A stretch of DNA of 64,000 bases from Octopus sinensis (taxonomy: Eukaryota). Below, piece after piece: positions 40,999-54,501 of this stretch (position 1 is the stretch's first letter; each line of letters begins with the position of its first letter). Under the pieces are notes generated by a model. The model was given only the letters and a program-made list of their open reading frames with translations, ran no database searches and had not been told where the DNA came from. Both the position numbers and the translations under genes were made by a program. The stretch lies in assembly GCF_006345805.1 (NCBI RefSeq), contig NC_043000.1, positions 105,028,001 to 105,092,000 of the forward strand, written 5' to 3'.

Positions 40999-41243
40999 TA
41001 GTGGTTCCCAAAGTGGGTGGCATTGCACCCCTGAGGGCGGTGGAAAGTTCCAATAAAAGTGGGCTGATAATGGGGTAGCGATTCATGTAAAAAATGAGGC
41101 GATAATGGGTTCTTTAGGTTAAGTTTTATTTGTGAAATACAGTTGCTTTGAATTTGCATATGATGGTTAGTTGGGGTAGGTGCGCTAGGAGTATGGCCTG
41201 AGTGTCAATGGGACGGCAACCCGAAAACGTCTGCGAACCAATG
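40999..41243. mobile_element. Decayed hAT-type MITE
   Basis: Ends tagtggttcccaaa / ctgcgaaccaatg resemble the cagtggttcccaaa TIR of Charlie/Tip100-type hATs. TSD not cleanly preserved. Confidence 0.5.
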
Positions 41244-41597
41244 AAATATAACATACACATGTACGTGCGTGCATGTATATATATATATATATATCGATTA
41301 TATATCGGTTATATCGAATTCATTAAGAATCAATGTACATCAGCGCGTAGCACACCACTGGTTGGTTAGAGAGAATCACGCAGAGAAGAGAGTGAAGTAA
41401 TCTATTATTAGCACAGAAAGTTAAGTCACTATTATTGGGTAATTCGCAATTCCAATCGTTTGCAAGTTATTCTATGTTTAGTAAAACATTTGGTCTGACG
41501 TGAAATAATAATAAACGAACAAACGAATGCATTTTAAATGTTGCGACAATAGTTTTGCTAAGAACCTTTATCTTAATGAAAACATAATACAATTGTT

Positions 41598-42013
41598 GGA
41601 TCTTTTCGGTTTGAACGGCAGTTTTTTCTAGTGGTGTCATATGAAATTGTCACCCATAATTATGACCCTAGTATCGATCTATTGCATTTCAATCTGTTTT
41701 AGGGTTAGGGTTAGAGGTGGGGGGGAGAGTATCATTTTTTCTTCAGAAATGTAAATAAACCCAATCTGTTTCTTAAACGAGGGGCATATTCATACGGCAT
41801 AGAATGTTTTTACCTCAATAGACGTCAGAGATTGGTTGAAATTGCAGAAATTGAAGAAAAAAAACAATAAATATCTTACAAACTATAGAATTTTCTCAAT
41901 AAAGCCAAGAGAAAAAGATGTTTTATAAACACATTCTACCAGTATACGAAGTTTAACATTTTTTAGTTACCTAGAAATTATGTTAAAAACTGCCGTTCAA
42001 ACCGAAAAGATCC
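41598..42013. mobile_element. 416-bp MITE, perfect 29-bp TIRs, 8-bp TSD
   Basis: TIR ggatcttttcggtttgaacggcagttttt at both ends. TSD caattgtt at 41590-41597 and 42014-42021. Internal ttagggttagggttag at ~41699-41714. Confidence 0.93.
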
Positions 42014-42536
42014 CAATTGTTTATATATATAAAGACCTGGAAGTGTGACTCACTACATATCACAGAATGTTTAAGCACCGCATACTTCCCGTAAACTAGA
42101 AAAGTATGACAAAATTTGCATAAAGTTTAGTTTCTCTTGGTATTGTGATCGTATATTACGTCACAGCTCGAAGGCTACACACATGCAATCCACGAGTAAG
42201 AAGATTAACTACGAAATATCTAATGAACGAAAGCGAAGCGAAATCTGAGCGTATACATGCCGACTATCACACTTCTGTGGATATAGCCAGCAGCTGCTCA
42301 AACATGTCAAACAGATACTGCTTCTCACATGTTGTTGTTGTTGAAACAATATACAAAGCTACCTGTAGGATACTTAAGATAAACATAAACAACACTTCTG
42401 CAATAGAATACTCGTATATGTATCAGCACAGGAAATACAGGAGTAACATTACAATCAAATATCTAACAATCTTGATATGGTGCATTCTCATATAGCACAG
42501 ATAAATATTAATATAAATATGTGCATATATATATTC

Positions 42537-42885
42537 GTGTTGGAGAAGACTTTTACGGATCCCATGGACAGCGAGGCTCACCAATGGAGAAGTTCTTAAC
42601 CAGATCAAGCCGAAACTGTCGCTAGAAGCTAGGATCACCAAGCATAGATTGACATATTTTGGTCATATTATGCGGAGAAATCCTTGGAGGACATCATGCT
42701 CGGAATGGTCAGTGGTAAGAGAGGAAGAGGCCGACCAAGAACCCGCTGGCTTGACACCATCAAGAGTGATACGGGAATGGACATAGCCAATCTGAAAGAA
42801 GCGACCCAGGATAGAACTGGCTGGAGGACCCTGATCCGTCGAGTAACCGAGTGTCGACTTCGACTGAGCGGATAGATAGATGAGC
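42537..42885 (+). mobile_element. RTE (BovB-like) LINE 3' end
   Basis: CWRRLLRIPWTARLTNGEVLNQIKPKLSLEARITKHRLTYFGHIMRR…EDIMLGMVSGKRGRGRPRTRWLDTIK…DRTGWR, with a short (GATA) tail. Confidence 0.9.
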
Positions 42886-44796
42886 ATATATATATATATA
42901 TGTGTGTGTGTGTGTATTAATTTCTAGTGAGGACACAGTATATCGTTTTGCAACTGAAATATACTACCAAGTATATTAAAGGTTTACAAGTCAACAACAT
43001 GTCTTACTTTTGTGTTGGCAGTGTAATACTCTCATTTAAAGATTATCTTGAATTTTCTATGAGATTCAGAGCCAGAACTGCAAGTTACGACGTCTCGGTA
43101 CGAATATGCCAATGTCTTCCTGGGGTTAAAATAGCAATATCGTCGTCTCTTAGAGAACACCCACGTTAAAGTTCGTATATTGCTTCTATCTCGAACAGAG
43201 ATTTTCTAACGGGCTAGTTTTCTTGTTGTGAAATCAGTGATTGTATGACTCTGTATTTTCTATATATTGCAAACGAGGTTAAACTACTACAATTCCTGGC
43301 AATCAAGTACCTACCACTGAAGAGATCCAAAAGATGGAAATCACGCGGTCTGGGGCCTCGAAACTTGGGTAGCAGAAGTTAACTTCTTGCAATAAATATC
43401 GAGAGCGGAAAGTGCATTGAAAAAAACCAGCTGGAGGAGATGTCCACGTTAGCTGCCCTGCAGATATGAACACCTCATTCAAATTCAGTGAGAAAGGTAA
43501 TATTCATGGACAGCTGCGTCGAAGCTATAGCGACTCTACTCTGATTTTAAAATCATATTTATATCAATAATCTATTTTATGCACGTGGTAATGTGAATAA
43601 ATATTTAAGTTAGACTTTTCAACCGAAAGAAGAAACCCGCTAGTACGCACTTTACAGATGCAATTTGTAAGCAGAACAATCAAAATATGCAACACTTTCC
43701 AAAGTTCAATATATAAAAATTATTGTTATTGTTATCCAAATTCCAGCGATGGAGCTTGTTTTTTTTCTTCCAGTTAGTTCTGTTTTTTTTTTTGTTTTTT
43801 TTTTGTCTTAGAAACCGGCTCCCTCCTCGGAAGAATTCATATAAATAAATGTGACGAAAGCATATATACGTAAATTCATACTTACGTACATACTTTCATA
43901 CATACATTCATACATACATACATACATACACACATATATATCTATATCTTTCTATCCACAGACACACACACACATATATATACACATATACAATATATAT
44001 ACCTGCAATGTACATTATGAATTCACACGCACACATATATACACATACACACACACACAGACACGTACACACAAACAGGGACATAGACACACAGATAGAC
44101 AAACAGAGAGAAAAGAATTGTCAGAGAAAAAAATGTGAATTCATCTATGTGTAAATATGAATTAGAAAGGAAACGAGGACGGAAGGAAATAAGGTAGGAA
44201 GGCAAAATGTAACATTAATCTTTCGGCATTTCGAATTTACAACACGAAATAAAAACTGACAAAAAAAAGTCTTTGGTATAATTGAGCAATGAAGAATCAA
44301 AATATTTTGGAAACGTGTGAAATATGTGGAACATGAACTGACAGAAGAGCAACTGAGCATGTGCAAATAAATGATGTGTATGTTTTATATCTATGTTTAT
44401 ATATTGATCACTATACAAAAACACACACAAACACACACACACACATACACACACGCACATATGTGTGTGTATGTATATATGCATATATAAATATATAAAC
44501 ACACACACACATATATATATATATATACATATATGCACATATATATGTATGGGTATGTATGCATGTATGTATGTATGTATGTACATATATATATAGAGAG
44601 AGAGAGGGGAGAGAGAGAGAGTGAGAGTGAGAGAGAGACAGAGTTAGAGAGGGAAGGAGATATATAGATGGAAAGATAGATATAGATATGTATGCATGTA
44701 TGTATAAACATAAATATATATATATAAAGTATGTATATGTATAAGTATGCATATATACATATAGATAGATATCTATGCATGTGTATACTAAACACA

Positions 44797-44860
<64 letters not shown>

Positions 44861-45296
44861 CTATGTATATAATATGTGTGTATGAATGTATCTGTTTGTT
44901 GTCTACACCACCTGTCATCGTCTTTTGGGTTTTTTTGTGAAATCTCCCTATATATATATATATATATATACACACACAAGCACACGCACATATTTATATA
45001 GACATACAAACACACACACACACACAAATATATACACACCACATACACTTATTCACACATTTCCATGGAGAGGTGTTATAGATATTTAATAAACCTGATA
45101 ATTTCAGGATTACAATTTATTCCCTGCATCACCACCATCTGAAGATTTCCCAGATAAAACTATAAGTCATAAACTGAAATGTTTTCAAGTTCATTAAACA
45201 TCTATATTACTCAACTTATGGAATGGATTTCTTTGTACTCCCTATTGTTTGTCTAAAACGCCTGTCAATCCATTGTTTCTGCTTGAGTACAGTGAA

Positions 45297-45912
45297 TTGG
45301 CAGAATTGTTAGCGTGTCGGACAAAATTCCATTCAGTGTTTCTGATGATGCTTCATGTTCTAAGTTCAAATCACACAGAAATTTTGCGTTGGCTTTCATC
45401 TTATTGGAGTCGGTAAAATAAAGTACCAGTGAAATACTGGAATAGATTGGCATGGAGTAATTGCTCCTCCTCAAAACTGTTGGCCCTGCGTTTAGCAGCA
45501 TTTCTCCTAGCTTTATATTTTGAGTTCAAATTAAACCGAGGCTGACTTTGCCTTTTATCTTTTCGAGGTGAATAAAATACGTGGCAGTCAAGTGCTTGGA
45601 TCAATGTAATTGACTTGTCATCTACCCTCAAAATTGCTGCCCTTGTGCCAAAATTGTGAAGAATTATCATTATCATCCTCATCATTATTATGATGACTAA
45701 GGCGACGAGCTGGCAGAATCGTTTGCACGTTGGACAAAATGCTTAGCGGCAATTCGTCCGTCTCCACGTTCTGAGTTCAAATTCTGCCGAGGTCGACTTT
45801 GTCTTTCATCCTTCGGAATCGATAAAATAAGTACCAGTGAAACACTGGAATCGATGTAATCGACTTGTTCCCTCCCCCAAATTTCAGGCCTTGTGCCTTT
45901 GGTATAAAGGAT
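45297..45912 (+). mobile_element. Cluster of three head-to-tail SINE family A copies of different ages
   Basis: Copies at ~45297-45490 (old), ~45490-45662 and 45699-45912 (near consensus: aaggcgacgagctggcagaatcg…ccttgtgcc), associated with (ATT/ATC)n. Confidence 0.8.
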
Positions 45913-46118
45913 TATTATTATTATTTTATTTGTCCACAGATCCATTTAGGTTTCATTCTTTTTTTCTATTTGCCTATATATTGGCCCATCTTTCACATAT
46001 AATTAACGCTTACATATGCCGTTCTATCTATCTATTTATCTATGTATCTATCTAACTAGCTAGCTGTCTGTCTGTTTGTCTGACTGCCTAACTATTATCT
46101 TTCTATTTTCTATGTATT

Positions 46119-46184
<66 letters not shown>

Positions 46185-47093
46185 ATCTATCTATCTATTC
46201 ACCCATGTATCGTGTAGCTCTCCACAACAGGCCTAACCTTTTCCCAATCTATTTATAACCCATATCTCCTTTCCCCCTTTCTCTCCCTCTTTATAGTAAC
46301 ATACATAAAACATATACATACACATAAAAATACAAACATATATACATACATAGTAATCCTTAAAAAATATATATATAAAAACAATTTTCGAACCAGCAAG
46401 CAATGAATAGATTTTCAAGTGAATAATTTCATTCCTTACACATTTTCAGGTCGTTTTCTCTCTATTTTTTTATATACTTACATATTTTTATTGTTATTAA
46501 TATGCATGTATGTATGTATGTATGTATGTATGTATGTATGTATGTATGTATGTATGTATGTATTAAATATATCTATATATATCTTAAAGGTTTTCATTCA
46601 ATACATCTCCTTAAAGCTTACTCCAGTTAAGACTCGACACCACCAGCACCCATCTTTCTTAGTTTTTTTTAATATTTATCTATTTATTTGTTCAGTTATT
46701 CATTTATTTATTCCCTTATTCATATATTTGGTTTGTTCTTCGACTTTTGCAAATTCCCACCTGTTCCTTCTCCTCCTGATAGATTTCTTACTCTATCCCA
46801 TGTTTTTAAAAATCTTTTCAAATCCACTTAACTTTTTTCTCTATTCTCATGACACCGATATCTTTCTGTTATATATCCAACGTATACACACGCACACGCA
46901 CCAAGCCCCCCCCCCCCCCTGCACACACACACGCACACGTGGATGAATACTGTCTCCCTCACACACATACGTGATCATATATGCATATACAAGCACGTAT
47001 GCATCGAGATTTTCTTCCTCTTCTTATCTCTTCTTTTGTATCCTCATTGTCGTAGTCGATATCGATCATCATCGTCGACCTCATCACCTTCAT

Positions 47094-47215
47094 TTTCTTC
47101 TTCTTCTTCTTCTTCTTCTTCTTCTTCTTCTTCTTCTTCTTCTTCTTCTTCTTCTTCTTCTTCTTCTTCTTCTTCTTTTTCTTCTTCTTCTTCTTCTTCT
47201 TCTTCTCCTTCCTCT
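47094..47215. repeat. (TTC)n microsatellite
   Basis: Long near-perfect run; source of the poly-S/K/E/L ORFs. Confidence 0.97.
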
Positions 47216-48264
47216 TCGTTGACGTCGTCGTCGTTTTCGTCTGCTTCAAAGGCCCCCACCTTCTAGTAAAGGGATACGTTAGATATTGTAAACCTGGATT
47301 ACCTGTCCACAGGAGAATGAGGAGGTGGTCACATCTAGAATGCCTTTGATCATAGATCTTCTCGATTAGAGCTGACCTGGGGCTGAACAACAACAAAAAC
47401 TATTACAGCAACCACAAAAATTACAACAATTAGAAGTAAAATGAAAAAATAAGTATGCAGTAATATAATCTGTATTTGACCTACTCAGATTTTAAGACAA
47501 TTATCTAAGATTACTTTAGATAAATATGGCGGTGGGGAGGAGGAAGAAGAAATCAATATCTTAGGCAAGTTTATCAGTTAAATGTGAAGTAGGTCGTTTC
47601 GATTTATAAAATATTGGCAGCGGAGTGATGTAGTGTGGTAAACAACGAATCAACGAGATGAGCCTCTACGTTGTCTTCATTTTCATCATATGTGTTGATA
47701 TCGCCTCTCTTTTCAATAACCATATCACTACTACCACCACATAGAGCACTACTACTGCTACTGCTGCTGCTATTACTAGTAGAAGTATCAATAATCTAAC
47801 CACATCCTACTGTCTCGAAAAATATGGGATGATCAAAGCAGAAAGGACTTTCATCCAAAACGTGCTACTCGAGAGTTTAGTTGACCTGGAGCTAAATTAC
47901 AACAACAAGCAATAACAATTATAACATCAATAGCAACAGGATGATACATTTTCAGATACATTATGTGGTTGATCGACTTGTCAGAAATAATAGCAAAATC
48001 TTCCTCCAACCATATTGTACCCCCTTCAAAAATGTGCTATTATCAATGAAGGAACAGACTTTATATGAAGTATGTTATATCAGACAGACTTGGAGGCAGT
48101 GGCGGGAATGGAGGGTGACGTATAACATCACTATCATCAGCAAAATCAACAAGATACACTCTGAGAGCTTATATGCAATAACTCGACTTGTTAAAAATAG
48201 CAGGCACTTATCCCTCAAATCACACCCTCTGGTCTTAAGAATAAAACGGAAAATTACATTAGAT

Positions 48265-48430
48265 TAGGCACGGCTGTATGGTTAGGAAGTTCGCTTTGCA
48301 ACCACGTGGTTTTGAGTTCAGTCCCACTGTGTAACACCTTGGGTAAGTGTCATCTACTATGGTTCCGAGTCGATCAATGCCTTGGGAGTGAATTTGGTAA
48401 ACGAAAACTGTGTGGATCACCGTAGTGTAC

Positions 48431-48509
<79 letters not shown>

Positions 48510-49085
48510 GTGAAGGCACATGGCACTGTAGTTAGAACGTCGTGTTCACAATCATGAAGTTGTGAGTTCAATTCCAATACTGGACTGTGTGTTGTGTTCT
48601 TGAGCAAGACACTTTATTTCATGTTGCTCAAGTTCACTCAGCTATAGAAAAGAGCTGTGACGTCACTGGTGCCAAGCTATGTCAGTCTTTGCCTTTCCTT
48701 TGAGTAACATCGGTGTCGCGGAGAGGGGAGGCTGGTATGCATGGTCGACTGCTGGCTTTCCATAAACAACCTTGCCCAGACTTGTGCCTTGAAGGGTAAC
48801 TTTGAAGGTGCAATCCCATGGTCATTTATGACTGAAGTGGGTCTTTATGTATAAATGTATATGTGTGTCCATCTTTGTATTTGTATTTATCTCCTCTCCT
48901 CCACCACTTGACAGCCGTTGTTAGCTTGTTTACATCTCTGTAACTTAGCAGTTTGGCCCTAAGATATGATAGAATAAGTACCAAACTTAAGATAATTATT
49001 GCAGTCGATTTATTAGATTAGCTCTATAAGAAAGTGCTCTTGTGTGGCCATAATCCAATGACTGGAACAGGAAAGAGAGTAAGGG
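48265..49085 (+). mobile_element. SINE family B interrupted in its internal (TG)n by a SINE family C copy
   Basis: B head 48265-48425, (TG)n, C copy ~48515-48850, then the B 3' half (taacttagcagtt…agaataagtacc…aatgactggaac) to ~49085. Confidence 0.65.
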
Positions 49086-51086
49086 AGCAAAAGAAAGTTT
49101 TAGGTATGCAATGCTACAATGCATTTATGAATTTGCTCGATCTGTATTGAGCTAGGGTTAAACAACTTTATAAACTAGCAATCATGGAATCCTTTCTATA
49201 GTCACTCGACTTGCTAGAAATAAAACCAAACCACTTTCAAATAATATACATGTCTGAAAAATAAAATGTGAATTATTGTAACGCTACAGTCACTTGGAAA
49301 AAGTCAGGATGGTCATATAAGTAACGGCTTTATTCATATGTTTTGCATGATACTATTTGATTTAAATTTAAACAGAAACGAGACGAAGAAACTTCTATGT
49401 AGTCACTCCATCTGCTAGAAACAGCGGCAAAATTTCGCTTAACTCAAACGTTATCAATTTTTTTAAAAAGTGCCATATTGTGTTGTGTTAAATGTACCCT
49501 TAAATAGACTATGCCTGAGAAAGGATGGATGGTCATGCTGGAACATTTTAATCAAAGGTCATCTCAGTCGCTGCTGACCTGATACTAAACTACATCAATA
49601 ACCTTTATCTGCAAGTCCATTAAAGTGCCAGATATTGCTCTCGGTTACATTTAATGGCATGTACAATGTTTTCACAAACAGTTGTTGCCTAGCGCAATAA
49701 ATTATATCATAAACCTACATTGCAACGTATAAATTATACAAACTTTTAACAAAAAAAAAACTCTGGGAAGAGCAGATGAAAAGTTAAACAACATATGTAA
49801 AATGATATCAATAAATATAAACAAAACATAGATACTGTATTACCTTACATTGGTTGTTTAATGCTTCTAAAGTATTACGGAAACGATTTCCCTTATGAAA
49901 GATAATATCCACGAGTTCGAGGGAAAATGTTCTTTCTGCCAGTAACAACACGTAATTTATTTTCTTTCTTATACTTGATAAGGGGGATCTTTCCCGAAAT
50001 ATTATAAAAGCTAAGCAATCTGTGTAAGAGAACAAAAGAATGAAACTTTTCCTTTGTGCATATAATCGTTATGTGTACACAGTTTTGGGTATAAATAATT
50101 TACTTAACATTCCACGTAATTAAAGCTACCTGCATGATAATCGTTCGGTGTGTTCGCTATGAAGTTTTTCAATTCCCTTTGATATTTCTAAATTGTCCAA
50201 GACTAGACAGATTCATACATTCCAACAATGACTTTCATACAATAACAAATTTGCTTTAATGGCGGACCATAAAAAAAACAAATCATTTAGTTGGATAAAT
50301 CCCAGGATAATGGGGATGAGGAAAACTTCGAAATAACGTCCAAACACCATTTGATTAAAAAATGTCTTTATTTACAAACGATTTCTACAATGAAGATTTA
50401 TTTATTGAAGAATTGCTTGCATACTTAAATAAGATAAAAAATAGAAACTAGTAGTTTTTTAATCATTGAAAAGGTATGAATAATTTGAATACATCTCATT
50501 CCTATGACATTAAACTATTTGTAAACACGAAGTATTGGCTACTGTCATTTGAATTTATAGTGAAACCGGAAGATTCCAGAATCACTATTCTACATTTCAC
50601 CAACTTTTACTAAAAGAGGAAAATAGAGGCTGATACAATTAATTATCTGAAGTTCAGTTTTTCGTATCAGTAAATAATCAGGAAATTTTACATGGATCTT
50701 ATTGTAAACGACCTGGTGATTTGGAAATCTGGGCAATTAACTAAGTAATTATATAGCATGCAGTTAAGCGAAATCGATTGCAGTATTAGAAAGCACTAAA
50801 TCATTATTAACCTCCTAAAACAGCTTGAGAGTGGATATATGTGTGCGCGTACACGCATACACACACATACACACACATGCACACACATACAAATACATTT
50901 ATATAAGTGCGTGTATGTGTGTGTGCGTAAGCTCATGTGTATGTATATCTGTTTGCATATGTCTTCATATATTTATGCATAATCCTTAAACGCACCGAGT
51001 AACTTTGGAATTTGAAATCACCATAGCTCTATGACCAGGAGTTCTACTGCAACATCTACCTATATTTATGTGTGTGTATATACATA

Positions 51087-51664
51087 TCTATTATATAAAA
51101 TCCGTTCTGTCTGTCTGTGTGTGTCTTCTAGGATCTCGGGCATCCTCCATCCGATTGCGCTCAAAATTGATATGTAGATACCGACGGTATAATGGAGTGT
51201 ATAAGTCTCGAAAAAATTACAAAAATCGATTCCAGGTGATAATGCGATCGATAAAGCTGTGGGAACATGCATTTGTACGTGCAAGTACATCAGCTATTGC
51301 GATCGATACTATGCGTACGCGAGAAAAATGAACGTGTAGTTGTTTTTTTACTGCTTAAAGGCACGTTTCTTTCCTGCCAAGCTTACTGTTTAAACCATGT
51401 TTGTGTTCTCCCAGTCAACAACCTTATGACTGGTACTGTAAACTCTTCGGTTGCATATTTGTGTGAATAAAATAGTTTTTCTTTGGAATAGATAAAAAGT
51501 CTATCCTTATTTCTTCTTTTGGTGGTGTCTCAAATTTAGGTTAAATCAGTGTTTCTCAAAGAAGAGGCCTATGGGACGGTCAGGTAAGTTGTTTTGAGAA
51601 AATTTGGTTTAAATGTTTGACAACACAGCAGCGTCCATTGGACAGGGCGGGGGCGTTTTGCTCG
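51087..51664 (+). mobile_element. Non-autonomous Helitron-like element
   Basis: Starts a|TCtattatataaaa followed by (gtct)n. Ends with GC-rich gcgtcc…gggcgggggcg and ctcg|t (CTAG-like). Confidence 0.5.
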
Positions 51665-51769
51665 TATATGTGTATATATATATATATATATATTGTCGGA
51701 TATATATATATATATGTCGGATATTACATCCAACATTCAACATATATTTTTATTTATATTTTCATTTTT

Positions 51770-52080
51770 TTGCTTCCCAAAAGCATGGTTCCGGGTTCAG
51801 TCCTATTGCGTGGTATCTTAAGGCAAGTCTAAGTGAGTGTATTCGGTAGACAGAAACTGAAAGAAGCCCGTCGTATATATGTGTATGTGTGTGTGCCCCT
51901 GTACCGCTTGACATCCGGTGTAGGTGTGTTTACGTCCCCGTAACTTAGCGGTTCGGCAAAAGAGAATATGTACCTGCCTAGAAAATAGAAAAAAGTACTG
52001 GGACCGATTCATTGGACTAAAATTCTTCAAGGTGTTGCCCCAACATGACCGCAGTCTAATGACTGAAGCAAAAAAGATAA
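51770..52080 (+). mobile_element. SINE family B copy
   Basis: catggttccgggttcagtcc…gtagacagaaactgaaagaagcccgtcg…gtaacttagcggttcggcaaaagag…gcagtctaatgactgaa. Confidence 0.8.
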
Positions 52081-52519
52081 TACAAATTTAACCTCATTCT
52101 GAAAAGTATACCAAGTGGTTGGTTAAACGACACCTTATATCTGCATGTGGGTAGAAATTGAGGATAGTGTAAGTAGTGATTGTTGTGTTGGTGGTAGTGT
52201 TAATAATGTTTGGATTGGTAGTAGTGGTGCTGGTGGTTGTGGTGGTGTTGGTCACTGTTCGCATAAAGTGTAGAGATCAAGTTTCTGTAGTTCCGGTTCA
52301 TGGCGAATGGTAGTAATTGTAGCAAAAGTGGAAATTTAATTGGAGTACAGGAAGGTGAAAGACAGAAAGATGGAGGAGTGAGTGTGGAGAGGGGCAGGAG
52401 GGAAGGAGGGGAAGAAAGAGAGGAAGAGAGGAGTGGAAATGAACGAGAAAGAGAAAGATGTAGAACGAGTTAGTGGAAAGAGAGAGAGGCTGTGAGAAAA
52501 TAAGAGAACATAGAGAGAG

Positions 52520-52632
52520 TGGGACAGAGAGAGAGAGCGGGACAGAGAGAGAGAGCGAGACAGAGAGAGAGAGCGGGACAGAGAGAGAGAGGAGGGAGAA
52601 GAAAGGAAGAAAGAAAAAAAGAAAAAAGAGAT

Positions 52633-52679
<47 letters not shown>

Positions 52680-52710
52680 GAAAAAGAAAGAAAGAAAGAA
52701 AACTAAGAAA
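52520..52710. repeat. 18-bp purine minisatellite (gggacagagagagagagc x4) plus (GAAA)n
   Basis: Directly visible. Confidence 0.85.
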
Positions 52711-53064
52711 GAGGGGACGGGAAAATGTTATGAGATTCTTTAGTTTGACGCTTTTAGCACAGTTCTTGGCTTCTTGAAAAACAATTTGGGAAATATTTAG
52801 AAAATGATGGTGTTGTTTATTCCTGTATCCTAACAGAAGCCATTCTTTATAAGAATAAGTCTGTGGAATCAGTTAATGGAATATGGTGTATTATATGGTG
52901 GCTATTTTAAAAAGACGGACTGACAGACAGATAGACAGGTAGGCAAACAGACAGGCAGAAAGATAGATTCCTGTCAGCAATTTACTTATACGCAGGTGCA
53001 CAAGCACGCTCACACCACACACACACACACACACTCATAAACACATAAATATACACACATACAT

Positions 53065-53572
53065 AGCTAGGAATGTGTGGATAAGGAGCACGTGATTTGG
53101 GGTTTAGTCCCACTGTGCATTACCTTAGGCATGTATCTTTTACTATAATGCTGGGCTGACCAATAGGTTGTTGGTAAATTTGGTAGAGGGAAACTATGGG
53201 GAAGCCCATTGTATATGTGTGTGTGTGTCTTTGTATCTATTTGTCATCACCACACACGCTATTTGACAACTGGTGTTGTTTTGTTTTCGCCCCCCCCCCC
53301 ACACACACTTAGCAGTTTTGCAAATGACACCGACATAATAGGTGCCAGTCTTAAAACAGAAAAGAAAAAAACGCATAAATACTGAGGCTAAAACAAATAA
53401 AGGATAAAAGTTATGTACACAGGAGTGGCTGTGTGGTAAGAAGCTTGCTTCCCAACCGCATGATTGCGTCCCACTGCCTGACACGTTGGGCAGGTGCCTT
53501 CTGCTATAGATTCGGGCCGACCAACACCTTGCGAGTGGATTTGGTAGACGGAAACTGAATGATGCCCGTCAT
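53065..53572 (+). mobile_element. Two SINE family B copies (one old, one 5' part)
   Basis: Heads at ~53068 and ~53420 (aggagtggctgtgtggtaagaagcttgcttcccaacc…gatttggtagacggaaactg). Confidence 0.75.
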
Positions 53573-53637
53573 GTATATATATATATATATATATATACAC
53601 ATACATACATATATATATATGTATGTACATATATATA

Positions 53638-54433
53638 TATGCATGCATGTATGTATGTGGGTGGGTGTAAGAGTGCATAAATATATGTGCATATGTGTGT
53701 ATATATATATGTTATTTTATTCTTTTACATGTTTCAGTCATTTGACTGCGATCACACTGGGGCACCGCCTTTTAGTCGAACTTAGGACTTATTTTTAGGA
53801 CTTATTTTTTGTAAGCCCAATATATAGTGTATAGGTGTCTTTTGCTGAATCGCTAAGTTACGGTGATCTAAAGACATTAACATCGGTGGTGCGACAAACA
53901 CAGTCACACTAATACATCCATCCATCCATCCATCCATCCATACATACATACATACATACATGCATGCATACATACATACATACATACATACATACATGCA
54001 TGCATACATACATACATACATACATACACATACATACATATATATATATGTATGTAGTATGTATGTATGTATGCATGCATGTATGTATGTATGTATGTAT
54101 GCATGCAGTATGTATGTATGTATGTATGTATGTATGGATGGATGGATGGATGGATGTATTAGTGTGACTGTGTTTGTCGCACCACCGATGTTAATGTCTT
54201 TAGATCACCGTAACTTAGCGATTCAGCAAAAGACACCTATACACTATATATTGGGCTTACAAAAAATAAGTCCTAAAAATAAGTCCTAAGTTCGACTAAA
54301 AGGCGGTGCCCCAGTGTGATCGCAGTCAAATGACTGAAACATGTAAAAGAATAAAATAACATATATATATACACACATATGCACATATATTTATGCACTC
54401 TTACACCCACCCACATACATACATGCATGCATA
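53638..54433. repeat. ~800-bp inverted duplication with microsatellite centre
   Basis: 53638-~53920 is the reverse complement of ~54151-54433, with no mismatch found by eye. Centre is (CATC/CATA)n…(TATG/GATG)n. The arms contain the 3' half of a diverged family B SINE. Confidence 0.97.
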
Positions 54434-54467
54434 CATACATACATACATACATACATACATACATACA

Positions 54468-54501
<34 letters not shown>

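Noticed and set aside
41699-41716. Telomere or chromosome-fusion relic
   Set aside because: Only 2-3 TTAGGG units, internal to a TIR-bounded MITE.
50400-50800. Possible decayed LINE RT segment (ETG.IPE…P.F.KRG…NY)
   Set aside because: Only scattered motif hints across frameshifts; too weak to list without a translated search.
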